From the NCBI RefSeq assembly GCF_009914755.1, contig NC_060944.1: a stretch of 64,000 nucleotides of DNA; one strand, given 5' to 3'. This DNA is from the human T2T-CHM13v2.0 reference genome, Homo sapiens. The position numbers were made by a program, and so were the translations under genes. The stretch's first letter is position 1. Each line of letters starts with the position of its first letter. This document shows positions 1 through 20,506 of the stretch, piece after piece. The notes under the pieces were generated by a model. The model was not told where the DNA came from. It made no database searches and saw only the letters and a list, made by a program, of their open reading frames with translations.

Positions 1-150
1 GAGAGAAGGAGTCAGAAACCATGAGACCGTGAGAGTTGCCCTCAAAGGTCTGCTGCTTCTCCCTTCTCCTGTTCCCTCCTCTCCTCACTGGAGCCTGGGG
101 GAACTGGTCTTGGAGGAGGCCATCTCTCTGTCACCCTCAAAAGGTGGTGA

Positions 151-1055
<905 letters not shown>

Positions 1056-2852
1056 TATCTCATTTAATTCTCACTATACACCTTGGAGGTGCAGGGGATA
1101 GTCTTCTCAATAGAGGTTAAGTAACCTGCCCAAGGTCACCAAGCCTGTGGCATCAGGATTCCAGCTCTGGCTCATAAGCCCATGTCTGTAACTGCTGTTT
1201 CCTGCCCACTCTCAACAGTGGCTAATTGGTGAGGTCCAAGCAAAATGATTATAAAAAGATCCTTTAAGTTGTAAAGTGCCCTGCATGTGGGAGGGATTGA
1301 TACTGCCGTTATTATTTCTACATCCAGAGCAACAGTAGCTTTGGTTATATGGCTTACAGCAAGTTGGAGGTCGTGGGATGTAGCAGCATTGAGTGGGGAG
1401 AGCACTGGACTGTGAGCCAGCAGACTTGAGTCCTAGTCCTGGCTCTCCTTGAAACTGACTAGCCATGTGGCCTTGGCCACTAAGCCGCCTGGGAAATAAG
1501 CTCACCTACTCCGTGTGGCCCTTGTGCAGCTCAAATAAGATAAAGCCCAAAAGACAGCCAGCATGTTGCCCAGCTCTCGGAGGATACCCTGCTAACGGGA
1601 GGTCTCTCTCTGCCTTCTGCATCGTCATCAGGATGGGCCAGGTGGGACGCATGTCTCCGTTTTAATGCTGTTACTCTGCAGTTCTGTGCTGTCACGTGGT
1701 CCCCAGCCCACCACTGCACATCAGCCTGAGGCTCCCTAGTGGCCCGTGAAGCTTTTGGGCAAGAAGCCAAGGCTGATGGGTGGTGGCCTTTTCACATTGT
1801 TTGGTCTAAAGTGGTGTCCGTGGGTACTGCAAACCTCTGACGAATTGCCGTCTCCCCACTGCCATGTACAAATCCAAGCACCAGACAGGATGACTGCAGA
1901 CTCAGCTCCCTTTTTGATCCTTCTTGCCTGGCTGTGAAAGTGGCTTGAGGTCTCAGAGGCAGCTCTCTCAGCCTGTACCCTCCATCCTTTCATTCACGTC
2001 CATGTAGACATTATCACTCAGGGAAGTGAGTGTTCCATACTGGGGAAGTCCCCTTGGGAAGGAAGTCACATCATCTCCAGCAAGTGAGAGAAAGAATAAG
2101 CCCTAATAGGCACTCTTTCTGTTTTTTTTTTTTTTTCTTGTAATTCTTCTTTTTTCTTTTCTGACTCCGAAAGTAATACATGCTCATAGTAGAAAATTGA
2201 AAAATACGGAGAAAAAGGCCCCTATTTCCTTCTCCAAGGGAAGGCTATTGTTAACATTTTAGTCTTTGGACTTAATTGGAGAGTAATATTTCTGGAGCAA
2301 ATATTTCTAATATTCTGGTATGTGTTTAGTGTTTTACAGGCATGATCTGATTCCATTTTCACAGTAAGCCTGTGAGGTATGTAAGTTTATCATCATGACT
2401 TTACAGATGAAGAAACTGAGGCACAAAGAGGTTAAGGGGCTTCCTGACGGTTCCCTTGCCTTCCTTGACTTCTTAGCTTATTCTGCCTCTTCTCAGGCTC
2501 CCCTTATCCTAAGTGAGCATCAGGTGGTGGATCAGTCAGATTCTGACAGGAAACAGAATTCCACTCAGATGCTTCACCTGAGGAGATGTTAATAAAGATG
2601 TGAGCAGGGTGAGGGGAACCCACATGGGATGGTGAGGCACCCACAAACTAACAGTGACAGAAGGCATTACTAGCTCTCGGCCTGAATGAGCAGGAGGGAG
2701 TGGTGTTACCTGAGTTCCGTGACTGGTAGAGGTGGGCAGGGAGCTGTCGCAGAGGGGCTCAGCCACCACCAGGACCACAGAGAGAGAAATTGGGGAAGAT
2801 ACACCCAGGATCTCTCTCCTTCCACCTTCTGAATTCCTGCCAGTGCCTTCTT

Positions 2853-3134
2853 CTTTATTATTTTTTTTTTAAGACAGAGTCTCTGTCGTCCAGGCTAGAG
2901 TGCAGTAGCATGATCTTGGCTCACTGCAACTTCCACCTCCCAGGTCTGCCTCAGCCTCCCTAGTAGCTGGGACTACAGGCGCCTGCCACCACACCCAGTT
3001 AATTTTTATATTTTTAGTAGAGACAGGGTTTCACCTTGTTGGCCAGGCTGGTCTCAAACTCCTGACCCCAAGTCATCCACCCACCTTGGCCTCCCAAAAT
3101 GCTGGGATTGCAGGCGTGAGCCACTGTGCCCGGC
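2853..3134 (-). mobile_element. Alu inserted into a probable MLT1-type LTR relic (~2500-3300)
   Basis: Alu consensus; TSD CTGCCAGTG(C/T)CTTCT at ~2838 and ~3137; flanks resemble a MaLR LTR (lower confidence). Confidence 0.85.
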
Positions 3135-3662
3135 CCCTGCCAGTGTCTTCTATTGGCCAAATGGAACCAGAAACCAGGAGGCAAGGGAGCTCAAGGGACA
3201 GTCCAATGGGCCAGCCTCCTGCTTCTTCAAGCAGGTCATGGATCTGGGGGTGCACATGGAGACTAACAACCCAAGCGACATGGTTGTAGGGAGATGGGAG
3301 AGACATGTCCTCTGACTTCCCAGAAAGAGTTGTCTTAGTAACTGACTATTAAAAACATCATTCAAAACAAGAGACTTTTTTTCTGCCTGGGAGTCTCTTG
3401 GTGTTTTGGTGTCTCCTCCCTCCCCTGCCCCCCATCTCCTCTCTCACCTGGTTCAGAATTTCCAAGAACACCTGGGCAACAGTCTTTGGTGTCATCGGTG
3501 TGCAGGGTTTAGAAGAGACAACCTTGCTTGCATGATACATGTGGCTGTGTGTGTTCTCATGTTGTTTCACTGCTGTGCCTATGCATACAAAGACATGCTT
3601 CTTGTGTACATGTCATAAGCATCTATAACATAGTCTCCTCTGTATCCAGCAGAATATTCACT

Positions 3663-4272
<610 letters not shown>

Positions 4273-4365
4273 CCAGGACATTAACTTTTGTATCTCAAAG
4301 TCCTCCCATTCTCTGTAATAGCCTTGATCTCCATGGCCTTCCTCTGATGTGGACAGGGTCTCTCA

Positions 4366-4854
<489 letters not shown>

Positions 4855-5229
4855 TCAGTACAGCATGAGCCCCCTGAGGTTGCTGGAATGCCATACAGTG
4901 GGAAGAACTCTGGAGTCAGAGATACCTGGCACAGCCTTATGACTTTGGACAAATCCATTTGCCTCTTTGCACGTGTGCATCCTCATTAGTAAAATGAGGA
5001 GAATAATATCAGGACTTTGGATGGAAACATCAGGTGTTGAGATAAAATAAATCATCAGGAGAGGCAGGCTGGCTGGTAGCCACAAAGGCTCCCAAGGTGA
5101 ATGCAGCCCAGGTCTCCATCCTCAGTTGGGTAGACTAGAAATTGTCTCTTTGTGTTCTATCCATCAGTTATCCATGTGTTCAACCTTTTATCCATCTACC
5201 CCTCCATCTGATGCCAAATCTGCTGAATG

Positions 5230-5420
5230 TGAATTCTGGCACTGCTGTTTACTAGCTGTGTGACCTGGAGCAAGTTCCTTAACTTTTCTGCTTCAGTTTC
5301 TTCTTTTGTAAAATAGGGATAATAAGAGTACCTATTACCCATTATAGGTTATTGTGAAGATGAAGTGAGTTCATTGATGTAAAGTACTCAGATCAGCGCC
5401 TAGCAAATAGCAGACTACAA
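5230..5420. mobile_element. MIR (one of many MIR fragments, e.g. also ~19550-19750, ~20830-21030, ~25900-26120, ~37800-37980)
   Basis: CTGTGTGACCT(T)GG.CAAGT..CTTAAC...TGTAAAATGGGGATAATAA MIR core. Confidence 0.75.
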
Positions 5421-5597
5421 ATGATAATGTTGTTTTTATTTATCAAGAACTGCGCTGAGCCCTGGGGATAATGGCTAACCAGACAAAATTCTTATCTTTA
5501 TGGAGTTTATTTTGGAAGGAGGGATAAAAAGAAATAAGTAAATCAATCAATGATAGAAGATCAGTTTGTGATAATTACTGTGAAAACCGACCACCCA

Positions 5598-6401
<804 letters not shown>

Positions 6402-6416
6402 TTAAAGAGGGCATCT

Positions 6417-6750
<334 letters not shown>

Positions 6751-7528
6751 GAGGGTGTCCATTGAGAGTTTTGGAAAGATTCTTATGGCTGCTTTGTGGA
6801 TAATAAACTCTAGGAGGGCCCAAGTGGTCACAGGGAGACCATGGAGCAGGCTGGGGCAGCCCCTGGAACAAGCTGATAGTGGCTTAGATTTAGGCAGTTG
6901 CAATGGTGATGGAGAAAAGAAGCAAATCCAAGTTACTGGACTCAGAGATGCTGACTCATGCTAACCCTGGTTAGAGGGCCTGATGTATAAACCGGACACC
7001 AGTTGATTCATTTTTTAAGGAGTGGTTTCACTGCCAGGCTGAGTGGATATTGCCTCATCTGGGCTAGGACACCCTCTCCCTGCAGGCCACCCAGATAAAC
7101 AGCCACAGGTGAGAAGGCTGCTGAGTGCCCCTGGAAGGTGAGCTAGAGGAGCCAGAAGGTGGTTAGGGTGTTGAAGAGGGTCAGATGCTGACAGTGTGCT
7201 GGGCCAGCCCCAGCCCAGGCAAGCATCCCTGGCCTCACTGGGTCCCTTTCCCCCAGACAGAGTAAGTACAGGCGCTGTCAGCATTTACTTCTCTGGCTGA
7301 CCTTTCTCTTTTCTAATCCTGTGCATTAGGCCTTTCATATGTTAGTGTCATCAGTCTGGCCCTGCTGGCCTCTGTCTGTTAGAAACATCTCTTTTTCCAT
7401 TTGTTGTGGGTGGACACTTCTGAAGTCCCGTTCTCAGGCCCCTCCTCACTGCAGCTTCCCATTACTGCTGGTAATTATAGACCCTACGTCTCAGGCTTGT
7501 TTTATTGGGTGTATACCATGTTAAGTGC

Positions 7529-7843
7529 TTTTTTTTTTTTTTAGATGGAGTCTTCCTCTGTTGACAGGCTGGGGTGCAGTGGCGCGATCTCGGCTCACTG
7601 CAACCTCCGACTCCCAGTTCAAGCCATTCTCCTGCCTCAGCCTCCTGAGTAGCTGGGATTACAGCCTCCCGAGTAGCTGGGATTACAGGCACGTGCCACC
7701 ACGCCCAGCTAATTTTTGTGTTTTTAGTAGAGACAGGGTTTCACCATGTTGGCCAGGATGGTCTCCACCTCCTGACCTTGTGATCTGCCCACCTCAGCCT
7801 CCTAAAGTGCTGGTATTACAGGCGTGAGCCGCCACACTGGGCC
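7529..7843 (-). mobile_element. Alu with internal 24-bp tandem duplication
   Basis: Alu consensus; duplicated unit at 7638-7685. Confidence 0.92.
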
Positions 7844-7937
7844 ACTAAGGGCTTTCTCTGTGTTATTTTCCTAAATCTCCTTCACCATCCTGAGAGGGAG
7901 GGAGGAGTGTCTCTGTTTTATTAAACAGGCAACTCAA

Positions 7938-8231
7938 GGCCAGGCATGGTGGCTCACGCCTGTAATCCTAGCACTTTGGGAGGCCAAGGCGGGTGGATCA
8001 CAAAGTCAGGAGTTCGAGACCAACCTGGCCAAGATGGTGAAACCCCGTCTGTACTAAAAATAGAAAAATTAGCTGGCTGCGGTGGCGGTCACCTGTAATC
8101 CCAGTTACTCGGGAGGCTGAGGTAGGAGAAATTGCTTGAACCCAGGAGGCAGAGGTTGCAGTGAGCTGAGATCGCTACACTCTAGTCTGGGTGACAGAGC
8201 AAGACTCTGTCTCAAAAAAAAAAAAAAAAAA
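7938..8231 (+). mobile_element. Alu
   Basis: Alu consensus. Confidence 0.92.
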
Positions 8232-11061
8232 GTGGCAACTCCGGCTCAGAAAAGTGAAGTCACTTGTCCAAGGTCACAGAGTGAGCAAGCATTGGCACTA
8301 GGCTTTGGATCTGGGTCTGCCTGACTCCACAGCCTGTGCTGTGAAGCACTGAGCCACAGGGCCGCCTGCTCTACCTCCCTTCAAGAGGTCCATGAATGAC
8401 TGTGTGAAGTCTCTAGCCCTGGGCCTGGCTGGCAGCAACGCTTAGTGTTGGGATCTCTGTCCTTCTCCTGCACAGTGATGCTTCTGACTCCCAGCAAGGC
8501 TCCCAGCTCCGTCACTCCTCCCAAGCTCCAACCAGTTCCTCCTTCCAGGCTGTTTGGTGCTCACCTTTACAGGCTTCTCACTCTGAAGTGCCAGAATGTC
8601 AAGGTCTCCTCTCTATCCCCTGCCCAACCCCCTTCTTCCCATCTCTGGGCATTTGCCCACATGGTGACTCAGCTCAAATGCTCTCCCTGCATCTCCTGTC
8701 TAAATGGCTCCCTTTTTTCAACACCTAATTCCACCTTCACCTCCCCACCCTAGAAGCTTCCTTTGGGAACTCTAGGCTATAGTCCAGATCACCAGGTCCC
8801 CAGACTCTGCTGAGAGGCTGAAACATACATGGCAAATCTAAATCATCTCCTGCATGAGTGTTTAGCCATTTCCTGGGTGAGCATCCTCTTCCCACACTGC
8901 AGCCAGCTCCTCGGGAACCAGCACGTGCTTCCCTCCAGGGGCCACTACAGTGCCTGGCCCAGCCTAGCCGCACAGCAGGCTCCATCAGTCTGTGCTCACC
9001 TGGGCCTGGGCAGAACCATGCCCACGTGACGGGCTATGTCAGAAGCCACGGCCACCTAGGCTCCCTTTCTGTGGCCTAGTGAGAGAACCATGCTGTTATC
9101 CTTGGATTTGTGAAATAAAGATTTCATCATAGATTTTTTTTTTTAAAGATGTTATTTTTGATTTATAAATTTTTAAAAGGTTTAAACAGATTTTATCTCC
9201 TTCTCATACTGCCATACCAAGCCATGTGCCTCAGAAAAATTTCTTTTTTGACCTCTAACTTAAACTCATTCAAGGAATCTCCAAGTATAGTAGCAAAACC
9301 AAGAACTACAGTTAAACAGAAGAAAAAATAATAATCTGTCTTCCCGCCACCCAGAAATAACTATAGTTAATACTTTGCTGAGTTTTCTGTATCTGTGCAT
9401 GTGTATTCATTAACACAGAGATAATCTGTACAAACTATTGTGTATCATGCTTTTTTTACTCAAATCTTTTCCATGATTTTTTACGTTTTTTTCCTTAACT
9501 CTTTAGAGTGGATAAGCCATCATTTCTCTCACTAGCCCCTGGCCATGGAATGCAGAGGTGGCTCCTGCCACGTCCTTGGTGTCTAGCGTGAACCTGAGTA
9601 CTTTCTCCTTTGGGGGGTTCTGTTGGGGTTTGCTTGAGGCAGCCAAGTACAGTGGAGAGAAGGCAGACCTAGAGTTAGGATCTGGGGAGTCTGGAGGCTG
9701 GGGAGGGAGGAGAGTGGGCGGAGGAACCAGGGAAACCTGGTTTCTGAGGAAATGACTGTCAGTCGTCTTTTTTGCTCACTGGGTCTCACCTGTAAAGGAA
9801 GAGGAGTAGATTGAATTATCTCAAAAATGATCTCAAAAGGCATCCAGCTCCTCTCCTCTGTCGTTCTGGGAGCGCCAGGCATTTGCTGCCAGCGGGCTCT
9901 GCTGGAGACCCAGGCAGAGGAAGACTGGGATATTTATTTAAGGTTGCTTTCCTGGCTATTTCAAGGAACCTCAGGCCCAGGAAAAGTTCCGAGAGTGTGA
10001 GCTGAAATCAGATTGAGGCCATCGGAGAGGGAGGAGTGGAAGTGTCTCCCGGCTGTCTGGGCCCACAAGGGGTCATGTGGATTCTGCATCTCACAGCAGA
10101 AAACACACAGATGAGTCTGTGATGCTTTTTTTTTTTTTCTTTTTAAGCAAAATTAAGTAGGCAGTTATTTTAAGGGTTCTTGCCTATAGGCCTTATCTGG
10201 CATTATGACCAGTATCCTTAAGTGCAGGCTCAGAAAAGATCCTGAGCCCGGTGCACCGGTATCATTTGGACCCTTCCAAGGCTGTGGGCTCCCCTAGAGC
10301 AGCTCTCATTGCTTTGTATCCTGGCCTGGAGTCAGCACTCATTGTCCTGTAAGTGACAGAGAGCCTTTATTTAACTATGGCTTTACGTTATACCCATAAA
10401 GCAGAGAGTAGTGGCTTGAGTGGAAAGCATTTCTGGGTGGGGAGGAGGTGATGGGGACCCAGGCCTTCCCTTCCTCCTCATCTTCCTTCTAAATAGCAGC
10501 ATCAGTAACAACAAACCCTCTCATTTGTACTCCAAGCCTCCACGCAAAAAGCCTTTCCACCGTTATCCACTCTGTGGGGGGCTGAGGATGTTCAGGGCCC
10601 CAGAGCTCTCCTGTGCCTGAGTGGGATGCTCAGGGTCCCTGGCTTTCTATCCAGTGCTCTTGGCTTTGGGCTGGGCTGATGTCCACTGAGATGCAGGGAG
10701 AAAAACTGAAAAATGAAAAGGAAGTGTGGGGCGGGGGACCTGGAGCACGTGGCTAGCCCAGGGTGGATGCTGTGTCTGTCTGTCTGTCTATCAGAGGCCT
10801 CCCACGATGGATGGTGCAGGGGAGAGGGCGTGCCATGCCAGTCTAGCCTGAATCTCTCTCATGTAATATGATAGATTTAGAGGAAGGGCCTGGACTCAGG
10901 GGTGAGGGTTCCTGCTCATTTCTCTATTTCCCTGGTTTTAGCTTCAAAGCTTTTTTTTGAGGATCTGTTGATTGGGGGCAGGAATGGGTGCATCTGATGC
11001 CCCTCCGCCACCCTACCTTTCTAAAAAGCCAACTTGTACGTTTAAAAAAGTACGTATGTAT

Positions 11062-11370
11062 ATTTTATTTATTTATTTTAATTTAATTTTATTTTTTTGA
11101 GATGGAGTCTCACTCTTATCACCCAGGCTGGAGTGCAGTGGCTCAGTGAAACCTCTGCCTCCTGGGTTCAAGCGATTCTCCTGCTTCAGCCTCCCCAGTA
11201 GCTGGGATTACAGGCATGCATCACCACATCCAGCTAATTTTTGTATTTTTAGTAGAGACGGGGTTTCACCATGTTGGCCAGGCTAGTCTCGAACTCCTGA
11301 CCTCAGGTGATCTGCCTGCCTCGGCCTCCCAAAATGCTGGGATTATAGGCATGAGCCACTGCTCCCGGCT
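11062..11370 (-). mobile_element. Alu
   Basis: Alu consensus. Confidence 0.92.
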
Positions 11371-11428
11371 TATGTATGCATATTTTAAAAGATAAAAGTA
11401 CTTCCAAAACATATAAAGTGAAAAGTGA

Positions 11429-11890
<462 letters not shown>

Positions 11891-12643
11891 GTGTTTTGTT
11901 TTTCAAATATAAAAATGAGACCATGCCATTCTCTCTCTCTCTTTCTCTCTCTGTAACTTGCCTATTCCAGCAGAATAGCTGGGCAATGGGTCCTTGACTC
12001 TCTGAAATCTCCTCATTTACTGCTGAAAGGGGAAAATGACAAGAATAGTTTATCCCAGAAAGCATTTCTCTACGTTGCTCATGTTTTGGATGAGTCTGAG
12101 AGAGGTGAAGTGACTGCCACATTTGTGGCCAACTCGGGGACTGAGCCTGTTCTTTTGACTTTTACATCGTCAAGCCTGCGCGTTTTTTTGTTTTGTTTTG
12201 TTTCAAGTTTCTTCCTGTCATTCTCTTTTTGGATCTATTCTGTGAAGTTAGCAGGGCAGGAATTATTGAAGCTTGGGGTATGAAGAGGTGTGTCCAGCTT
12301 CAGCACTGGAAAGGTCTGGAACCCAGGGTTCTTTTAGTTAAATTCTGTGCATCCAGCTTTGCTGAGGGTCTACCAAGCGCCAGGTGAGGTGGCTGGAGAG
12401 ACAGCCTGGCTTGGACCCTGCCTGGAGGCGGCCACTGGCAGCCCCGTGTGCTCCTGGTAGAGCAGGGCTCCCTGGAAGGACTCATCATCCCTATGAAAGG
12501 CCCAGAGATTTGAGTCCCTGAAGAGCTGCAGACACAGGGTGGGAGGGGTGCCTGTGACTTCAGCCACTAACCCCTCACCTCCCATGACCCTCCCTCCTCC
12601 CCACTTCCTCTGTCTCTCCCTTCCTCCTCCCTTTGCCCTGTGA

Positions 12644-13707
<1,064 letters not shown>

Positions 13708-14503
13708 CATTGTGGTCATTTTAAAATTTTATTCTCTCAGACTAAAGAGGGTAGCTACTAACTCCCCCATTTTACACCTGGGGAAACTGAGCACCAGCAG
13801 GATAAAATGAGTTATCCAAAGTCACATTGCCATAAAGTAACAGAGGTGAAGACAAATCTAGATCTGATTTTGAAGGCTGAGTTCTTTCCATTTATTTTCC
13901 TACCCCTGAACCTGTCTGTTCTAGCTTGGCCAGCCCCATGTAACCCCAGAGCAAAACCCATTGCCCTAAAGCTACAACAGACTCACCTCCTCATCTAATT
14001 AACACCTTCCTTAATTCACGACAGGCCTGGAGGGGGCAGGGACTTGGCCAAGATCACTGAGGGCATCAGCAGTGGAGTTAGGACCCGGGGCGGGCGGCGG
14101 TGGGGCAGGTCTCTGGCCTTTCTCCTCTCCTTTAACTCAGTCCACAGCTCCCAGACTCCTGCTAGATCCAGTGACAGACAAAAAGAAGGAGACCAGATGG
14201 ATGCTGTGATGAGTCATGTGCTGCTCTGGGGAGACAGGGCAGCTCTGGCCACTGGCTTTGGTTTCATGGGATGCTCCTGCCTCAGAGGATGCCTATGGCA
14301 GCAGTAGCCTGCAGGGAAGATGGGGACCCCTCACACAAGGCCACCCATTATGCATGGAAGCCCTGGCTCTCCTCCTGTACACACCAGCCATGGACCCTAG
14401 TTGCCCTGTGGGTCTCAGACGGTAGCGACTTTCATTCTGGGGTCTGTCTTGGCCCCAGATGCCTCTATATTGCTTCTTACTTATATGAAAGGCCATGGCT
14501 TAA

Positions 14504-14719
<216 letters not shown>

Positions 14720-15581
14720 TGAGTGCCATATGTCCCGTCCCCGGTCAGCCAGCCTCAGGTCCAGGGCAGGCTCCTGTGTGTACCCAGCTTGGGCCAAACC
14801 AGAGGAGTCCTGGACCAGTCACAGTGTCCAGAGAGATGACCTGGCTCGGAGCTCCTTTGTACAGATGGTGGCACCAAAGCCTGGAGAGAGTGGTTATGAT
14901 TGCAAATAGAATTAGACGAGGTACAGGGCTGGCACCAGGGGAAGATTTTGCAGGGTGACTATACCTTGGCAAGGATGCCACCATGTAAGGGCTGATCTAC
15001 AAACAGTAGACCTGGGAACTGGGCTCCCCTATTCACCCAGGAGAGACTGACATTTAAATTAGAATCATTTTTATATACTGGGTGGAGAGAGGGCTCCTCC
15101 CTTCCTAGTGAATGTCCCTGTCCAGGGCACCATCTCAAGTCTCCAGGACAAACTAGTCACCTGAGGGTTCTATGGCAAGCCCATCACCACGTCACAGGGA
15201 GGCGGCCCATTGGGAAGATGTCACCCAGGCCATGTAGAAACCCTGTGGTATGGCCCTGCCCCATGGTGGTGACACAGCAGATGCCTCCTTCTGGGTTTGG
15301 CCCTCCTGGCCTCACATTTAGGTCTCCTTTTCCTATATAGGTTCTGACTCCCGCCCTAATTCTGAGCTCTCGCTCGCCCCCTCTGTGAGCCCTTAGAGGT
15401 TCTATCCCTGCCGAGGCAGCATTCGTGGCCCTTCTCCGCATGTGTGAAAGGGCTCAGAGGGTGTCCTTGCTACTGAGATATATAGGAGCTGCCCCCTTTT
15501 CTCTCCCATGCACTGATTTTAGGGATGTGGCTTACTCCTGAGCCCTGGGAGGCTGAGTCCCTCTTCTCTACAGGGTTTTGA

Positions 15582-16011
<430 letters not shown>

Positions 16012-16943
16012 TGATGGGCCCCAAGATGCCATTTCTGCCTGTCCTAGAAGTGCACAAAGCATTTGACTGAGGCTAGGTCCTCTCTCTCTGATGATCTCCA
16101 GGTTCAGGAATTCCTTGTCAGGCTTGGTCCCGAGGGCCCAGCCAGACCTTACAGGGGTCTCACTCCCTCTCTAGAGTCCCTGCCTCTTTGGGTGGTGACT
16201 GCCTCCTGTTCCCCTGCCATGTGATCCCCTTATTGGTGCTCATCTTTACCCCTGTGGGTTTGGAGTGCCCAGTCGGGTTCTCGGCTTCGTCATTCTGAAT
16301 GGTGGTTCAGAGAGGCCCAAGCCTAGCTCTACAGGAGTGGGAGGAACCTACCTGGCCCTAACAATGGTACTTCCAGCAGAAGCTGATGGAGGCCCCATGA
16401 GCCTCTGTGAAACCTCACTGGCTGTGGGGAAGGGAGTGGTGGGCTAGCCTGGGCTGCCCTGGATTTCACTCAGGGAAGGGAGGGTCACACTGTGACCCTG
16501 AGCCCCAAGCCCTCCCCTTCTCCCCCTGCCCGCTTCTGTCATATTCCAGGGGCGGCTTCTCTTCCTCTCACACCCAAAGCTTAGGACTTGCTTTTCTGCC
16601 CCTTCGGTCTAAGTTAGCCTCCTTCTCCTAATCACTAAAAAGGAAGGAGAAAGCCGTCACTTCCTATGCCTTCCACTTCAGCTTCTCCCCAAGCAAGCTC
16701 AAAGTCCAGAAACCACCACCAGAACTTGGAAGAAGGCCATCAAGGAGCTGGCCATTGTTGTCACCCCCAGGATCCCTTAGGACTCAGAGGGCAGAGCCAA
16801 GTGGGTGGCAGGAGCGCTGCATTCCTGTCCAGACACCGAAAGGCCCTTGGGGTTTTTGAATTGTCCTGGTGGAGCCCAGGGTATCTCCCAGCCTCGCCCC
16901 GGGGTGTGCTTCAGCCTCATAGCTGCTCTGCTTCCCTCCTTAG

Positions 16944-17243
<300 letters not shown>

Positions 17244-17573
17244 TGAGAATTTAGAGAGCCCTGGTCTGGCTGCTAGAGTTGCTGGGGGAGCTGAGGAGCT
17301 CCCTGCTAGAGCTTCTCCCCTACCCTTGGGAGGCTCTGAGTTTCCTTCTTCCTGCCAGTCCCATTGCAGATGCATCACCTGCTCACTGGGACTGCCTCAG
17401 GGCAGTGGCAGCTCCGGGCACTGGGTCCAAGCCTGGTGGTGAATCCTGGCCCCATTCCCCTCACCCCCTAGTCCCAAGGAAAAGGAACCAAGAGGCTTAG
17501 CCAAGGAAGGGCGTTCCCTACAAGGGGCTGCTGACCAGCCATTTCAGGATATTTCTCTCTCTCAGCCCAGTCA

Positions 17574-18096
<523 letters not shown>

Positions 18097-20506
18097 AATG
18101 CATTCAGATCCATGAGTCCGTGTACTCCACATGGCAGATCTTGGGAGAAGCCAGAGTGGGAAGGACAAGTCTAAGGCCCAGAGAAGAGAGACGACTGTGC
18201 AGAGTCACACAGCAGGTTAGCAGAGGAATCATAAATACATTCAGGACGCCAGCTCTAGAAGGGACCTGCAGAGCCATCTAGGACAAAGGACAAGCAGATG
18301 GGCTGGAAACAGCCACCCTTCTGTCCAGGAATGGTGTAGTCTTCAGTAAACAATGACCCTTTCCTCAGAGGCCCAGAGAGAGGCAGTTATTACCTAAGGT
18401 CACAGAGCCAAATGTTGGCTGAGCCAGGTCTTGAGGCCTGGTCTTCCAACACCATCCTGTGCTCTTTTCAAGGCCTGGGGTGAAGGCAGATGAGCAGGCC
18501 AACAACCTGTCCTTTCTGGCCCAGAGAGAGAAAGCATGTCGGGAAGGGATGGGGCAGCTCCCAAATGGCAGAAGGGGGTGGTAGGTGGCCTCAGCAAGGC
18601 AGCCTGAGTAGTTGGAGACCTGGCGCCTCGAGGCAGAGATGCCTCCACCCAGGGCCCCTCCCCCTTGGCTGTGGTTGGTCTCTCCTGAACTCCCTGGTCC
18701 CCTGGCTGGAAAGCTGTAGCTGAGCCTGTTACCATGACAGCGGGCAGCTGGGCCCAGGGATGCCAGCTGACTCTGCAGGAGGGGGCTCGAGGAATTCTTC
18801 CTGAAGGTTCTGTCAGTTGGAGACAAAGAGGCAGGCACACAGACAGAGTGCACTCCTCGGGGGGCTGACAGATCCTCCGCCTGGGCTTCAGGCTGTCCCC
18901 CAGGAGCCCCAGCCTGGCTGGGAGGCCTGTCTCTCATGACTAAAGGGATCGGAAAACATATAGGCAGCCGAGTGTGTGGTGTTTGGTCAGGACCAGGAGC
19001 TTGGGAAAGACAGGTGGCTGGACCAAATGGTCAGGTCTCAGCATCCCTCCCAGAGGTGGCCTGCAGCCCCTGCCAGCACAGCCCAGGCCTGGTGGATGTC
19101 ACTCCTTGTAGCCATCCCAAGTCATCGAGTAAGTCTTGATCGCTAGCAAGTACCTTATCCAGGAGAGCCACAGTCTCTGCCTCTACCCCTGTAACTTCCA
19201 GCCATTTATCCTCATCCTACCTTCTGGTGCCCCAGTGGAGCAATTTTTTGCCCTCTGTGACAGCACCTCAGCCTTCTGAAGGTGGTCCCATTGGTCCTTG
19301 TGGCCTGAGCTTCAGAGTTGGGTGTATCTCCTCCCAAACCTCAGTGCACCTGGGGCAAGGTAGGGCAAAGTAGGGCACCTGGGACAAGCTTTCCACCCCT
19401 CTGGGCCCCTGCTTCTCCTTGGCCAGTGGATTAGTAGTTCCTGCCTCATGAAGTGGGGGTGACAGTTCAATGACATATGTATGGACAGCACCAAGCACAT
19501 AGTAGGTGCTCAGTAGCTGTTTTCTTCTTGCTTCCCTGAGGCAATCTGGTGTGATGGTTAAGCAGACAGACACTGAGGCCAGACTGCCTGGATTTGAATG
19601 TTAACTCCACCTGCTTCTTGTGTTGACTGTGCCTTGGTTTCCTCCTCTGTAAAGCAGGGTAGTGCTAGTACTTATATTTATGTTGTTGTGAGGGTTAAAT
19701 GAGTATTACATGTAGAATGGTGCCTGCACACAGTAGCACCCAGTATGATTAGCTATTATTTATTTTTATTATTATTATTGATTATTACCATTATTATTCC
19801 TGAGGTAGGAATTCCTGAGACCATTGTTATTCATTGAAGCTGCTCTTTCCAAGGAGTCGGTGTGGTCAGGAGCCTGGGCTCTGGGGCCAGATGGCCAGAG
19901 TTAGGATCCCCATTCTCTACCACTGACTAGCTGAGTGACCCTGAGAGAGTGACATAACCTCTCAGAATTCATCTATAAAAAAGAAAGTCAACTTCAGGAT
20001 GATTATGAAGATCAAACCCCTGTACATGTGCATAAAGTTCTTAGCAAGCACAGTGACTGGCATCTAGTAAGAGTTTGAGATGTGACATCTGTATGGTGCA
20101 GATGGTGGTTACCGCAGAGACAAGGATGGTAGTGATGATGTGGCCTCCAGTGGTCCATGACCACAGCCCTGCCATGGATGGGCCTCGCTTTCTCACTTTG
20201 TCAGGGGCCATTTTGAGCCTGGAACCTGAAATGTTCCAGGGGTGGGTGGTCTGACCATTGTTGTGGATATGTAGACTTTCGCTAATTTTGTCCAGTACCT
20301 CATATCTACCTGCCTTCATCCCCTCTCAAGTGACCACCCCTTCTCTGGGCTTGCAGAGCTTGCTTCCAGCTATAACCTCAGCCTTTATTCCCCTGTGTAT
20401 CTTCTTAGATGTGTGCCATTGGTTTTTCACATCTAAGTGTGGAGGTTAGCATTTATCCCCCTAAAATATCCCTTTGTTACATTTAGCCCATTATATTTAC
20501 CTTTTA

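Noticed and set aside
12378-12390. Strong donor-like CAG|GTGAGG upstream of the ATG exon (possible alternative 5' UTR exon)
   Set aside because: No acceptor, promoter or CpG island can be supported from sequence alone
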